The notes beneath the pieces were generated by a model. It did not search any database, was not told the origin of the DNA, and saw only the letters and a program-made list of their open reading frames with translations. 64,000 nt of DNA from Bacteroidota bacterium (lineage in GTDB: Bacteria > Bacteroidota > Bacteroidia > Bacteroidales > FEN-979), in contig JBAXIO010000002.1 of assembly GCA_037138335.1 (NCBI GenBank), positions 142,315 through 206,314 of the forward strand. The letters run 5' to 3'. Shown here one piece after another: positions 43,001-51,746 of the stretch; position 1 is the stretch's first letter; every line of letters starts with the position of its first letter. The position numbers were made by a program, and so were the translations under genes.

Positions 43001-44716
43001 GGAATCGGATTTGTCGGGTACAATGAGAAGGACATTATAAGGCCTGTTGTCCCCGACAACAAAAGTGCTCTTTATGCCCGGTACATTATGAAATTTCTTT
43101 TCGATGACCTGGGGGGCGACTGTCTGGCCACGATTATTTTTGTAAATGTCCTTAACCCTGTCGACGATCTCATGATACCCGTCTTCATTGATGATGAAAA
43201 CATCTCCTGTTTTAAGCCAGTAATCATCTTTTTTCGAAACGGGATAAGGGATGGTGCCTCCCGGCGGGGAATCTTCGAGGTAGCGTGCGATATAATGCCC
43301 GCTGATCTCGAGTTCACGGTTCTCGTTGAGCCTTGTAAAAACCCCGGGGAGGGGTGTGCCTACTTTAAAATCCTGGTAACGGAACGGGGGGGTCATAGTG
43401 ATGCCGCCGGTTGCTTCTGTCATTCCAAAGCCGCTGGATAATGCGATGCCGTTTTCGTTGAAGAAACGGAACACCTGGGGGTCAAGGTAACCTGCAGCGC
43501 TAAGCCCCCATTTCAGGCGGTTGCCGGTTATATCCTCGATGGCCCTGGTTCTTAATTCGGCACTCTCTATGCCGCTGATCCTTTCCTGGCACTTCTCAAA
43601 TAACTCCTGCCAGCGAAGCGGTATGCTGATAAACCCGCTTGGGTTGACCTTCGGAAATAAGGAAAACAATGTATCTGCGGAGTTGTTCCCGGCAAAAACA
43701 TAGGTGCCGTGCCAGTAAATCGCACCGCACATCTCAAGATAACGTCCGAATGTATGGAAAAGCGGAAGGTAGCAAAGGAATGTCTCATCCCCGACCTCTG
43801 GGAGGGCCGCAGCCCGGGCAAAGCGCTTGGATACAATATTATAAACCGAGAAAGAAACTCCCTTGGGCAAACCGGTGCTTCCCGAGGTGAACATGGTTGT
43901 TGCAACTTCATTGGTCGGTTTCAGCGGCCTGGCCGAAAGAAGGTTCTCAATCTCAGAACGGGAGATCTTTTTACATTCCTCCTGGAGGTATTTGTTGGCA
44001 GATCCCTTCTTTGATCCCGGGCCCATGGTAAAGATACGGAAAGGCCGGGCGGTCAGCTGGCAGACTTTTTCGAGGACCGAAACTCTCTGAGGCGTATCGG
44101 CAACGGCAATGTTGACCGAAAGTTTGTCAAACAACGGGGCCAGTATTTCAGCGCCAAAATGGGTGCTGAACGGAGAAACGAAAATCCCGGAACAAAGGCA
44201 GGAAAGATCCACACAGGCTCCTTCAACGCAGTTCTCGGTGTAAAGTGCAATCCTTGGCTCCTCTTCAACGGCCATGTAAAAAACGGCGGCAATCTCCCTA
44301 AGGTGGCGGTATATCTGCTCATAAGTCCAATCCACCGTGGGCGAAACCGACATGTCCCGGAAAAGGACCTGACGCGGGTGCTCGTTTACCCTTTGGGCCA
44401 ACAAGTCATTCAGCGAATACTGTGTCCTTTGCAGGACGGTGAACACTGTTTCTGCCCAGCGGTCTCTTTGCCCTTGATCAAGATTCCGCAGGAAGCCTGG
44501 CCTGCCGGTCAAGTCAAGGAAATCCATCCAGGATCCCCTGCCGGGTAAACCGGCCGCGGGTTTTCTATGGGAAATGCCTGGTTTGGGTTTGCGTTTTGCT
44601 GTCGAATGATCCCATGATGAAACCGCTGCTTCCGCCTCAGCCAGAACTTTAGATGCCAAAGCCTGCTTTTGCTTGTCTTTCGCATTCTTCCAGGAACCAA
44701 GTACTTCAGCCAGCAT
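40085..44716 (-). CDS. 1543-aa fusion protein: long-chain acyl-CoA-synthetase-like adenylating module + ~700-aa unassigned helical region + C-terminal GNAT acyltransferase
   Basis: AMP-binding core motifs 'TSGSTGLPKGV', 'SSGFGMTEATGG', 'WLKTGD', 'IVDRVKDIYKNNRGQTVAPQVIE', 'FVVGDNRPYNVLLIVP', 'ELTPKGSYNRKAI' (aa ~95-690). GNAT motif A 'IVVTSSLQGKGIASAMI' (aa ~1400-1543). No signal peptide or TM helix. The stop lies 27 nt upstream of the icd start. Confidence 0.85.
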   Translation of the reverse strand: MLAEVLGSWKNAKDKQKQALASKVLAEAEAAVSSWDHSTAKRKPKPGISHRKPAAGLPGRGSWMDFLDLTGRPGFLRNLDQGQRDRWAETVFTVLQRTQYSLNDLLAQRVNEHPRQVLFRDMSVSPTVDWTYEQIYRHLREIAAVFYMAVEEEPRIALYTENCVEGACVDLSCLCSGIFVSPFSTHFGAEILAPLFDKLSVNIAVADTPQRVSVLEKVCQLTARPFRIFTMGPGSKKGSANKYLQEECKKISRSEIENLLSARPLKPTNEVATTMFTSGSTGLPKGVSFSVYNIVSKRFARAAALPEVGDETFLCYLPLFHTFGRYLEMCGAIYWHGTYVFAGNNSADTLFSLFPKVNPSGFISIPLRWQELFEKCQERISGIESAELRTRAIEDITGNRLKWGLSAAGYLDPQVFRFFNENGIALSSGFGMTEATGGITMTPPFRYQDFKVGTPLPGVFTRLNENRELEISGHYIARYLEDSPPGGTIPYPVSKKDDYWLKTGDVFIINEDGYHEIVDRVKDIYKNNRGQTVAPQVIEKKFHNVPGIKSTFVVGDNRPYNVLLIVPDKSDSLFASCKGDNLREYFHQIVMSANKDVAPYERVVNFALLDRDFSAEKGELTPKGSYNRKAIENGFLKLIDSLYQSNVVLIKKGAVSCSVPKWVYRDLGILETDIVFGKDQLVNKRTKQVLNIRKRKPGSWIIGDLVYTLSDDTIDLGLFTRSPKLWTGNPSLISFCPVKEGWDVPVKGMAEGIYLAEPGLTGNYECKAPRNIRDQFLANANLLLCQALFGPESSSISAIVKIGDIFGDSEPRLAEVMRLRLEALAFHPSEEIRCLAYRTILIHAPQPETISNLPMFLESGLSFLNEQSIRAIASSKIGKHRLDALKQRLYFYRTHFPWPAPVKMRQQFENVLRMLYNFALQHLDFYVPVRAELSRWILHRQDPYLSKKAEEYFYRLARVFENHIEARGPKYPASTWKPKLIFEHGIQETDKERIIKIFRTTKFLEESIILTFNEWDFDLKDVPPGGIWVLRLLAYKEFKHYRLSVNTKAGKHFDLHFVISNNPEFKPNPDTFYWQASLAGFPYGAAVASLLGSSRPNLGLLSTQYIGGLTAWDKIREFAEIHRSSGYVKPNAWKKVFIRSLATVFKAWHHSGYQIVPGAITPTNISIPEMDFRESAVILTLTGWSEYKGPLSLVIPIVLDYYCKTTALYPWVKKQIEINWIFDACIEALGKEEAIEFLVKLRVELKKHKVVCHDLTSLKDHLNKYLTENIKRFHLPLSLYSAIDQYIDWYRINPLTTAAAKEQTITELMDLFRLNSWPDLIRYYFYRHTFFMDSDEGVRASFDKLLEKMQEEQETLPIQLIELSDLQSSLSAEEDKNIFSHMVFPRLQTDQHIDLLKIGERSKEHVLVRFDINDAEGKHYVQYEPGEPREIGQLYQMFFRENYPKEISKHDHQHVVTDARGKIIGGLTWHYLDETTALFDGIVVTSSLQGKGIASAMIANFFVSMSAYGIKVIKAHFLFGNYYMKHFFEIDRKWGALVKVIND

Positions 44717-44810
44717 TATTTTAAATTTAAATCAGAATGATTAAAGGAAACATGCAAATTTATTGATTCAAATTGTTAATTTTGAATTCGAATAAAAGAT
44801 ATTTTTTTAC

Positions 44811-47069
44811 ATGTTGCTCAAATTAGAAAACATAGAGGCTATCTATAAGAAAATCAGTGCTTCTGTAGAAAAAGCCAGGAAGATATTTAATCGGCCGTTA
44901 ACACTTACCGAGAAGCTTTTATACGGGCATTTGTTTGATGCGGTTCCTGATAAACCCTATGATAAGGGGAAGGATTATGTGAATTTCCTTATCGACAGGG
45001 TGGCTATGCAGGATGCCACGGCCCAGATGGCGCTGCTCCAGTTTATGACTGCGGGAAGGACCACATCGGCCGTTCCGGCAACGGTTCATTGCGATCATCT
45101 TATTCTTGCCAGGGAAGGTGTAAGCCCTGACCTTGCATCAGCGCTTTCACAAAATGCCGAAGTGTACAATTTCCTGCAATCAGTTTCGGCTAAATACGGT
45201 ATTGGTTTCTGGAAACCCGGTGCAGGCATCATCCACCAGGTGGTGTTTGAAAATTATGCTTTCCCCGGCCAGATGATGATAGGGACAGATTCACATACCC
45301 CGAATGCAGGCGGCCTGGGGATGCTTGCCATTGGCGTTGGGGGTGCCGATGCGGTAGATGTGATGTCGGGAATCCCGCTCGAGCTTAAAATGCCGAAGAT
45401 CATGGGAGTAGAGCTTACCGGCAGACTCAGCGGGTGGGTTTCGGCAAAAGATGTTATCCTGCTGCTCTCCGGCATACTTACGGTAAAGGGAGGTACAGGG
45501 TTCATCATCGAGTATTTCGGTGAAGGGGCCGAATCCCTTTCATGCACCGGAAAAGGTACTATCTGTAATATGGGCGCCGAAGTTGGGGCCACCTGCTCGG
45601 TTTTTCCATATGATGCCAGCATGAAGCGATACCTGGAATCAACCGGGCGCAAAGCCGTTGCCAACATCGCCAACCAGTATGCATCCTGTCTCAGGGCCGA
45701 TCCTGAAGTTGCGGCTGATCCCGCAAAATATTACGACCAGGTCATCACAATAAACCTTTCGGAACTTGAGCCTTATGTGAACGGCCCGTTTACCCCCGAC
45801 CTCGCCAACCCGGTCTCGGCACTGGCGGCTTTTCTCAAAGAGAATAATTATCCCGACACACTTGAGGTCGGGCTTATAGGTTCCTGCACCAACTCTTCAT
45901 ACGAAGACCTTTCAAGGGCCGCGTTCATTGCCCGCCAGGCAAAAGCCAAAAAACTGAACGTAAAATCAGGCTTTATCATCACGCCAGGCTCCGAACAGAT
46001 CAGGTTTACCGCCGAAAGGGATGGCATTCTTGAAGCCTTTGACGAAATCGGAGGGGTCATCATGGCCAATGCCTGCGGCCCCTGTATAGGCCAGTGGTCA
46101 AGGAAAATGGATGATCCCGGGAGGAAAAACTCCATTGTGACCTCATTTAACAGGAATTTCGCCAAGCGCAACGACGGCAATGCAGGCACGCATGCTTTCG
46201 TTGCATCCCCCGAAATGGTGACGGCCATGGCCCTTGCCGGGAGGCTTTCATTCAATCCTGCAAAAGATACTATTATAAATGCGGATGGCATAGCGGTTAT
46301 GCTCGACGAGCCTCAAGGTTACGAGCTGCCCCCAAAGGGTTTCGAAGTTGACGACCCGGGTTTCCTTGCCCCCCCCGACGATAGCGAAAATATAGTTGTT
46401 AAGGTGGATCCCGGCTCCGGCAGGCTGCAGCTCCTCGAGCCTTTCGATGCATGGGATGGAAAGGATATAAGGGGCATGCGCCTGCTTATCAAAGCACAGG
46501 GCAAGTGCACCACCGACCATATTTCAATGGCCGGGCCCTGGCTGAAATACCGCGGGCACCTCGACAAGATCTCCGACAATCTCCTGATGGGCGCGGTCAA
46601 TATATTCAACGGCAAAACCAATTCGGTCAGGAACGGGGTTACCGGTGAATATGCCGAAGTGTCAAAAACAGCAAGGTATTATAAAGCCAATGCCATCCCC
46701 TCACTGGTAATCGGCGATGAGAATTACGGAGAAGGGTCTTCACGTGAACATGCTGCGATGGAACCCAGGTACCTGGGAGTGAGAGCCGTCCTTGTAAGGT
46801 CTTTCGCAAGGATCCACGAGACCAACCTGAAAAAGCAGGGGATGCTGGCGCTTACCTTCGCCAATCCCTCTGATTATGATAAAATTCTCGAAGACGATGT
46901 ATTTGACATCATCGGCCTTGAGACTTTTACACCTGGCAAACCGCTGAAACTGAAAATCCACCATGCCGGTGGAAGTACGGAGGAAATACTCCTTAACCAT
47001 ACTTACAGCGACCTCCAGATCAAATGGTTCAAAGCAGGAAGCGCCCTGAATTTCATGAAAGAAAAGTAA
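44811..47069 (+). CDS. acn: Aconitate hydratase, mitochondrial-like type
   Basis: 752 aa. '[14 protein letters not shown]', '[13 protein letters not shown]', '[12 protein letters not shown]', '[11 protein letters not shown]' (three cluster cysteines). Length and N-terminus fit the mitochondrial-type enzyme rather than the ~890-aa AcnA/AcnB. Confidence 0.95.
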   Translation: MLLKLENIEAIYKKISASVEKARKIFNRPLTLTEKLLYGHLFDAVPDKPYDKGKDYVNFLIDRVAMQDATAQMALLQFMTAGRTTSAVPATVHCDHLILAREGVSPDLASALSQNAEVYNFLQSVSAKYGIGFWKPGAGIIHQVVFENYAFPGQMMIGTDSHTPNAGGLGMLAIGVGGADAVDVMSGIPLELKMPKIMGVELTGRLSGWVSAKDVILLLSGILTVKGGTGFIIEYFGEGAESLSCTGKGTICNMGAEVGATCSVFPYDASMKRYLESTGRKAVANIANQYASCLRADPEVAADPAKYYDQVITINLSELEPYVNGPFTPDLANPVSALAAFLKENNYPDTLEVGLIGSCTNSSYEDLSRAAFIARQAKAKKLNVKSGFIITPGSEQIRFTAERDGILEAFDEIGGVIMANACGPCIGQWSRKMDDPGRKNSIVTSFNRNFAKRNDGNAGTHAFVASPEMVTAMALAGRLSFNPAKDTIINADGIAVMLDEPQGYELPPKGFEVDDPGFLAPPDDSENIVVKVDPGSGRLQLLEPFDAWDGKDIRGMRLLIKAQGKCTTDHISMAGPWLKYRGHLDKISDNLLMGAVNIFNGKTNSVRNGVTGEYAEVSKTARYYKANAIPSLVIGDENYGEGSSREHAAMEPRYLGVRAVLVRSFARIHETNLKKQGMLALTFANPSDYDKILEDDVFDIIGLETFTPGKPLKLKIHHAGGSTEEILLNHTYSDLQIKWFKAGSALNFMKEK

Positions 47070-47099
47070 TAATTTTGAATTTATAACAAGCAGATTCAT

Positions 47100-48449
47100 A
47101 TGGATATACAGAAATTTATAACAGAGCATGCCCCTGAGACCCAGGCTTCATGCACTATTGACGAGCAGCTCTTCAAACAGTTTGATGTGAAACGGGGCCT
47201 GCGTAACGCCGACCATACCGGTGTGCTTGTCGGGCTAACCAGGGTCGGCAGTGTAGTGGGATATGAGAAAATTGACGGCAAACTTGAGGCTATTGACGGT
47301 AAGCTTATCTATCGCGGGATTGATATAAACGATCTCGTTCATGGGACACAAACCGAGAAACGGCCCGGCTTCGACGAAACCGTTTTTCTCCTGCTATTCG
47401 GAAGGCTCCCTAAAGCCGCGGAACTGAAAGCCTTCAGTGAAGGCCTGGCCGAGCAGAGGGCCCTGCCCGAAAATTTCAACCGTGACATGATCCTCACCAT
47501 GAAGGGCAAGGACATCATGAATATGATGGCCCGTTCGATCCTCGCCCTATACACCCTTGACGAGCAGGCCGACGATACTGAGATCCAGAATATCATCAGG
47601 CAATCGATAAGCCTTATCGCAAAGTTCCCCACCATTGCAGTGTATTCTTACCATGCAATGCGCCACCTGATTTATTATGATACCTTAAGTGTAAGGTACC
47701 CCGATAAAAAACTGGGCACGGCCGAGAATTTCCTGTATATGCTCAAGGGAAATGACTACACGCCACTTGAAGCCGAACTTCTCGACCTCTGCCTTGTGCT
47801 CCATGCCGAACACGGAGGCGGTAACAATTCAACCTTTACCACCCGGGTCGTGAGTTCCAGCGGCACCGATACCTACTCGGCCATTGTTGCGGCCATCGGC
47901 TCCCTTAAAGGGCCCCTGCACGGAGGCGCTAACATCGAGGTCATCCACATGATGAACAACATCAAAGCCAATATCAAGAATTGGGGCAATGATGATGAAG
48001 TTACCGATTACCTCCGCAAGATCCTGAAGAAAGAAGCCTATGACAAAAGCGGAAAGATCTATGGTTTCGGGCATGCCGTATACACCGTTTCAGATCCCCG
48101 CGCCATCCTCCTGAAAGAAAAAGCCAGGCTGTTGTCAAAGGAAAAAGGACGCGAAAAGGAAATGGCGCTCTATGAAGCTATCGAGCGCATAGGACCTGAG
48201 ATCTATTATGAATTCAAGGGAACCAGGGATAAACTCATCTCCCCGAATGTTGACTTCTACAGCGGTTTCGTTTACGAATGCATCAAGATACCCAAGGAAC
48301 TGTATACCCCGCTTTTTGCTATATCCCGGATCTCAGGATGGTGTTCCCACCGGCTTGAAGAACTCATCAGCGGCCGCAGGATCATACGCCCTGCATACAA
48401 GGCAGTTGAGCCCAGTAACAGCTACATCCCACTTACCGAGAGAGGTTAG
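47100..48449 (+). CDS. gltA: Citrate synthase
   Basis: 449 aa with catalytic blocks 'LVLHAEHGGGNNSTF', 'GFGHAVYTVSDPR' and 'NVDFYSG'. Confidence 0.9.
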   Translation: MDIQKFITEHAPETQASCTIDEQLFKQFDVKRGLRNADHTGVLVGLTRVGSVVGYEKIDGKLEAIDGKLIYRGIDINDLVHGTQTEKRPGFDETVFLLLFGRLPKAAELKAFSEGLAEQRALPENFNRDMILTMKGKDIMNMMARSILALYTLDEQADDTEIQNIIRQSISLIAKFPTIAVYSYHAMRHLIYYDTLSVRYPDKKLGTAENFLYMLKGNDYTPLEAELLDLCLVLHAEHGGGNNSTFTTRVVSSSGTDTYSAIVAAIGSLKGPLHGGANIEVIHMMNNIKANIKNWGNDDEVTDYLRKILKKEAYDKSGKIYGFGHAVYTVSDPRAILLKEKARLLSKEKGREKEMALYEAIERIGPEIYYEFKGTRDKLISPNVDFYSGFVYECIKIPKELYTPLFAISRISGWCSHRLEELISGRRIIRPAYKAVEPSNSYIPLTERG

Positions 48450-49218
48450 GGTAGATACTGCGCATCGTCCTGTTCACGAAGTAAGAAGAAAGTGAAGCAG
48501 GCAGCATCACAGAGAGGATGAAATAATTCAGGCGGTTTGCCCATCCGTGGATGCAAACCGCTTTTTTTCCGCACATCCTTATAGCATACCCTGCAACCTT
48601 ATCCGGATCAGCCATTCTCACAGGGCCGCCGGGTTTGCTTTCCAGGAATTTAGGCGTGTTGATTATCCCGGCGCAGCAAACACTTATCCCGATATCCAAT
48701 GGTTTAAACTCGTAATAGAGTGAACGCGCAAGTGAAATGAGAAATGCCTTGCTGGCTGCATAGGGAGTTACATAGACAGGTGACAGCAATCCGGCCAGGG
48801 ATGACATTAACAGTATTTTTCCAGGTTTTTTTGCATCCCTGAGATACCTGGCAAAAGCATGCACAAGAAGCATCGTTGTGAGGTTGTTTACTTCAATGAA
48901 CCTTTCGAGGTTCCCCGCATCATGTTCCAGGAAGGGTTTAACCTCCGACATGGCCGCACAATACACCAGCATCCGGCATCCTGTTTCCTCTACCTGGCCC
49001 ATGCATATCTTCCAGGCATCCTCTCCGGCCAGGTCAATGCAAGATGTCAGGGTTTTAACCTTGTATTTTTTTTCGGCCTTTTCAGCGGTCTTCTTCAGCG
49101 CTTCCGGCTGCCGGTCAATAAGGACCAGGTTAAACCCTTGCTCAGCAAGGAGTGTGGTGAATGCCTCTCCCAAACCATCAGCCGATCCTGCGATCATGGC
49201 CCATTGCCCTTCTTTCAT
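48433..49218 (-). CDS. Short-chain dehydrogenase/reductase (SDR)
   Basis: 'AMIAGSADGLGEAF' (Gly-rich NAD(P) motif), 'SSLAG', 'YAASKAF' (YxxxK). The ATG at 49218 is preferred over the TTG at 49245. The 3' end overlaps the citrate synthase stop by 17 nt (convergent). Confidence 0.8.
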   Translation of the reverse strand: MKEGQWAMIAGSADGLGEAFTTLLAEQGFNLVLIDRQPEALKKTAEKAEKKYKVKTLTSCIDLAGEDAWKICMGQVEETGCRMLVYCAAMSEVKPFLEHDAGNLERFIEVNNLTTMLLVHAFARYLRDAKKPGKILLMSSLAGLLSPVYVTPYAASKAFLISLARSLYYEFKPLDIGISVCCAGIINTPKFLESKPGGPVRMADPDKVAGYAIRMCGKKAVCIHGWANRLNYFILSVMLPASLSSYFVNRTMRSIYPNLSR

Positions 49219-49265
49219 GATATTTCCTAAATTTGCGGCCTGCAATAATACTTAAATTCCCGGGA

Positions 49266-50447
49266 ATGTCTAAGTTGCTTTTTTTCTTCCTCCGCTTAAT
49301 GAAGGCCTGGCAATCCTTTATTTTAAGGATTAAAGGTAAGACTGCGGATGATATCCACCAGGAGCGTATCGTTTCGGGTAAGGCATGGGATGAATTCTGC
49401 GATAACCTTAAAGCCGCCGGGGCCGCCCTGAAAATGCCGGGTACTCCAAAGGATGCTTTCAACCAGGCCGAAGGCTTGCGTTACCTGAGCCGCCTGACCA
49501 GGGGAGGGCTTGAAGCCTTCATGGAATACAACGACCCCGCATTTCCTGTCCTTAGGCGCACCGCCCATGAAACAATCAAACTGGGGGCCGATAACCCCGA
49601 CAATTATTACTTCAACGCCCAGATCAGCGGGGAATATGAATACCGGCTTAAGGGAAAACGCAATACCGTCCATTACTTCGGGCTGTTCACCCAGAACGGG
49701 AATTACGGGACAACAGGCGGAATGGCGCCCTGTGCAGTCCTCGAGCATAATGAGATTCAATATGAGCCCGACGGCAGTTTTGAAGTCATCCTCAGCAGGG
49801 AAAAGAAAGGAAAGAACTGGCTTAAGATTGAGGAATCTACAAGCATGCTCATGCTTCGCCAGACCTTCCTCGACCGCTTTGCCGAAACTCCGGCGGAAGT
49901 TTGCATAGAAAACCTTGACGGACGAATAAGTCCGGGCAATATTACACCGGCCATGGTGGATGAAGGACTTAAAACCGCATCCATGTTCGTGGGGGGTGCA
50001 GCCCTTATGTTTTCCAGCTGGGCTAAGGGATTCCGTGAGCACGCAAACAAACTGCCCCTGTTTGACCCGAAAAAATCAAACGATGCCGGGGGCGATGCCT
50101 CTATAATTTATTATCACAGCTACTGGAAGCTGGCTGCCGGCGAGTCTTTGATTATCGAAGTAAAACCGCCCGCCTGCGATTCCTGGAACTTCCAGCTGAA
50201 CAATTACTGGTTGGAGTCGCTTGACTACCGGTATTTCACCATTTGCATAAACAAAGCTTCTGCAAAATATGAGCCTGACGGCTCCGTGAAGGTGGTTGTG
50301 GCACATTCAGACCCGGGTGTGCCGAACTGGATCAATACATGCGGGCATAACGAGGGAACCATGTTATGGCGCTGGTACCGCCTTGCCCCCGGTTCGGAAG
50401 CAATTGAACCGGCATGCAGGGTGATAAAAGACGGCAGTCGGTTATAA
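49266..50447 (+). CDS. Hypothetical protein, tentatively DUF1214-like
   Basis: Long ORF; the ATG at 49266 is preferred over the TTG at 49233. 'LGADNPDNYYF' and 'GLRYLSRLTRGG' remind me of DUF1214/DUF1254-type proteins, but I cannot verify this. Confidence 0.4.
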   Translation: MSKLLFFFLRLMKAWQSFILRIKGKTADDIHQERIVSGKAWDEFCDNLKAAGAALKMPGTPKDAFNQAEGLRYLSRLTRGGLEAFMEYNDPAFPVLRRTAHETIKLGADNPDNYYFNAQISGEYEYRLKGKRNTVHYFGLFTQNGNYGTTGGMAPCAVLEHNEIQYEPDGSFEVILSREKKGKNWLKIEESTSMLMLRQTFLDRFAETPAEVCIENLDGRISPGNITPAMVDEGLKTASMFVGGAALMFSSWAKGFREHANKLPLFDPKKSNDAGGDASIIYYHSYWKLAAGESLIIEVKPPACDSWNFQLNNYWLESLDYRYFTICINKASAKYEPDGSVKVVVAHSDPGVPNWINTCGHNEGTMLWRWYRLAPGSEAIEPACRVIKDGSRL

Positions 50448-50448
50448 G

Positions 50449-50469
50449 CAGTCGGCAGTCGGCAGTCAG
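50449..50469. repeat. Tandem heptamer repeat (GCAGTCG)2-GCAGTCA
   Basis: Three direct heptamers start 2 nt after the stop codon at 50447. Same stop-proximal placement as the arrays at 15474 and 18764. Confidence 0.7.
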
Positions 50470-50492
50470 TAAGGAAGAAATGAAACGAAGTA

Positions 50493-51746
50493 ATGAACAA
50501 TAAAAATTTCTCAAAAAGGCCGCTTTTATTCAGGGGCATAAACTCAGCATGGAAGGGAACCTATTTTCTCGGGACAAAAATAAAACTTGACAAGGACGAC
50601 CTGATCAGCAAAGCGAAAAAGCAAACCGGCCTGAATGACCTTGGCAGGGAGTTTTCGGATGAGCCGGTTGAACGCATGCTCAAATCCATCAATGAGGAAG
50701 CGAACCTTCATCCTGCAGGGCGGTTTATTACCAGGGAAAGACTGGCCAGTCTTATCAGCATCAGGCTGAGGGCAGAATATTTTTTTAAGAAGCACCCCGG
50801 AATACTTGAACAGGAGTTATACCCGGCCTGGATCATCGTAGGCCTTCAAAGGACAGGGACCACCAAACTTCACCGCCTGCTCGCGGTTGATCCGAACCAC
50901 AGGGTTATACCCAGTTGGGAAGTTATCAATCCCATGCCGTTGAACCTTGATTACATGCCTTCGGGGGGTCATGAAGACCCGAAGAGGCTTAAGGTGGCCC
51001 GTACTTCAGTTAAGGCAGTGGAGCTCATGTCGCCGGGCTTCTTTGCTATCCATCCCATAGATGCCATCCAGCCTGAAGAGGATATTTTGATGCTGGATGT
51101 AAGTTTCCTCAGTACCACTACCGAGGCCATGATGAATGTCCCGTCGTATGCTGCCTGGCTTGAAACAACCGACCAGTCGCCTGCATATGAATATGCCGTT
51201 AAACTCCTGAAGTTCCTGCAATGGGCAAAACCGGCAAAGAGGTGGGTCCTGAAAACTCCCCATCATCTTGAGTTCCCTCATCTCATCACGAAATATTTCA
51301 ATGATGTGAAGTTTATCTGGCCCCACCGGAACATATACGAATCGGTTCCATCGTATTTAAGCATGCTCACTTATAATTACATGATGTTCAGTGATGATGT
51401 GGATGAACGGAAGATCGCGGCCCACTGGGTCAGGAAAACCGGTTACATGCTTGAACAGGCGCTGGATTTCAGGCTGAAAGGAAATAACGGGGACAAGTTT
51501 CTCGATATTTATTACAAGGATCTCATCGGTGATTCGATGAAGGAGATGGGCAGGATCTATTCCATGGACGGGGGATTAAACCCGGCCCTGGTTGAGAGTT
51601 TCAGGCAACATGAGCTGGACCACCCTCACCGCAAGCATGGTATTCACCAGTACTCCCTTGGCGATTTCGGTCTTACCGAAGCCGACATTGACCGTCATAC
51701 TTCGCATTACCAGGATTTTATGAAAGAGCATTATGGAAGAAAATAA
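50493..51746 (+). CDS. Sulfotransferase-family protein (PAPS-dependent type)
   Basis: 417 aa. 5'-phosphosulfate-binding loop 'IIVGLQRTGTTKLHRLL', then 'LKTPHHLEF'. Cytoplasmic (no signal peptide). Confidence 0.72.
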   Translation: MNNKNFSKRPLLFRGINSAWKGTYFLGTKIKLDKDDLISKAKKQTGLNDLGREFSDEPVERMLKSINEEANLHPAGRFITRERLASLISIRLRAEYFFKKHPGILEQELYPAWIIVGLQRTGTTKLHRLLAVDPNHRVIPSWEVINPMPLNLDYMPSGGHEDPKRLKVARTSVKAVELMSPGFFAIHPIDAIQPEEDILMLDVSFLSTTTEAMMNVPSYAAWLETTDQSPAYEYAVKLLKFLQWAKPAKRWVLKTPHHLEFPHLITKYFNDVKFIWPHRNIYESVPSYLSMLTYNYMMFSDDVDERKIAAHWVRKTGYMLEQALDFRLKGNNGDKFLDIYYKDLIGDSMKEMGRIYSMDGGLNPALVESFRQHELDHPHRKHGIHQYSLGDFGLTEADIDRHTSHYQDFMKEHYGRK

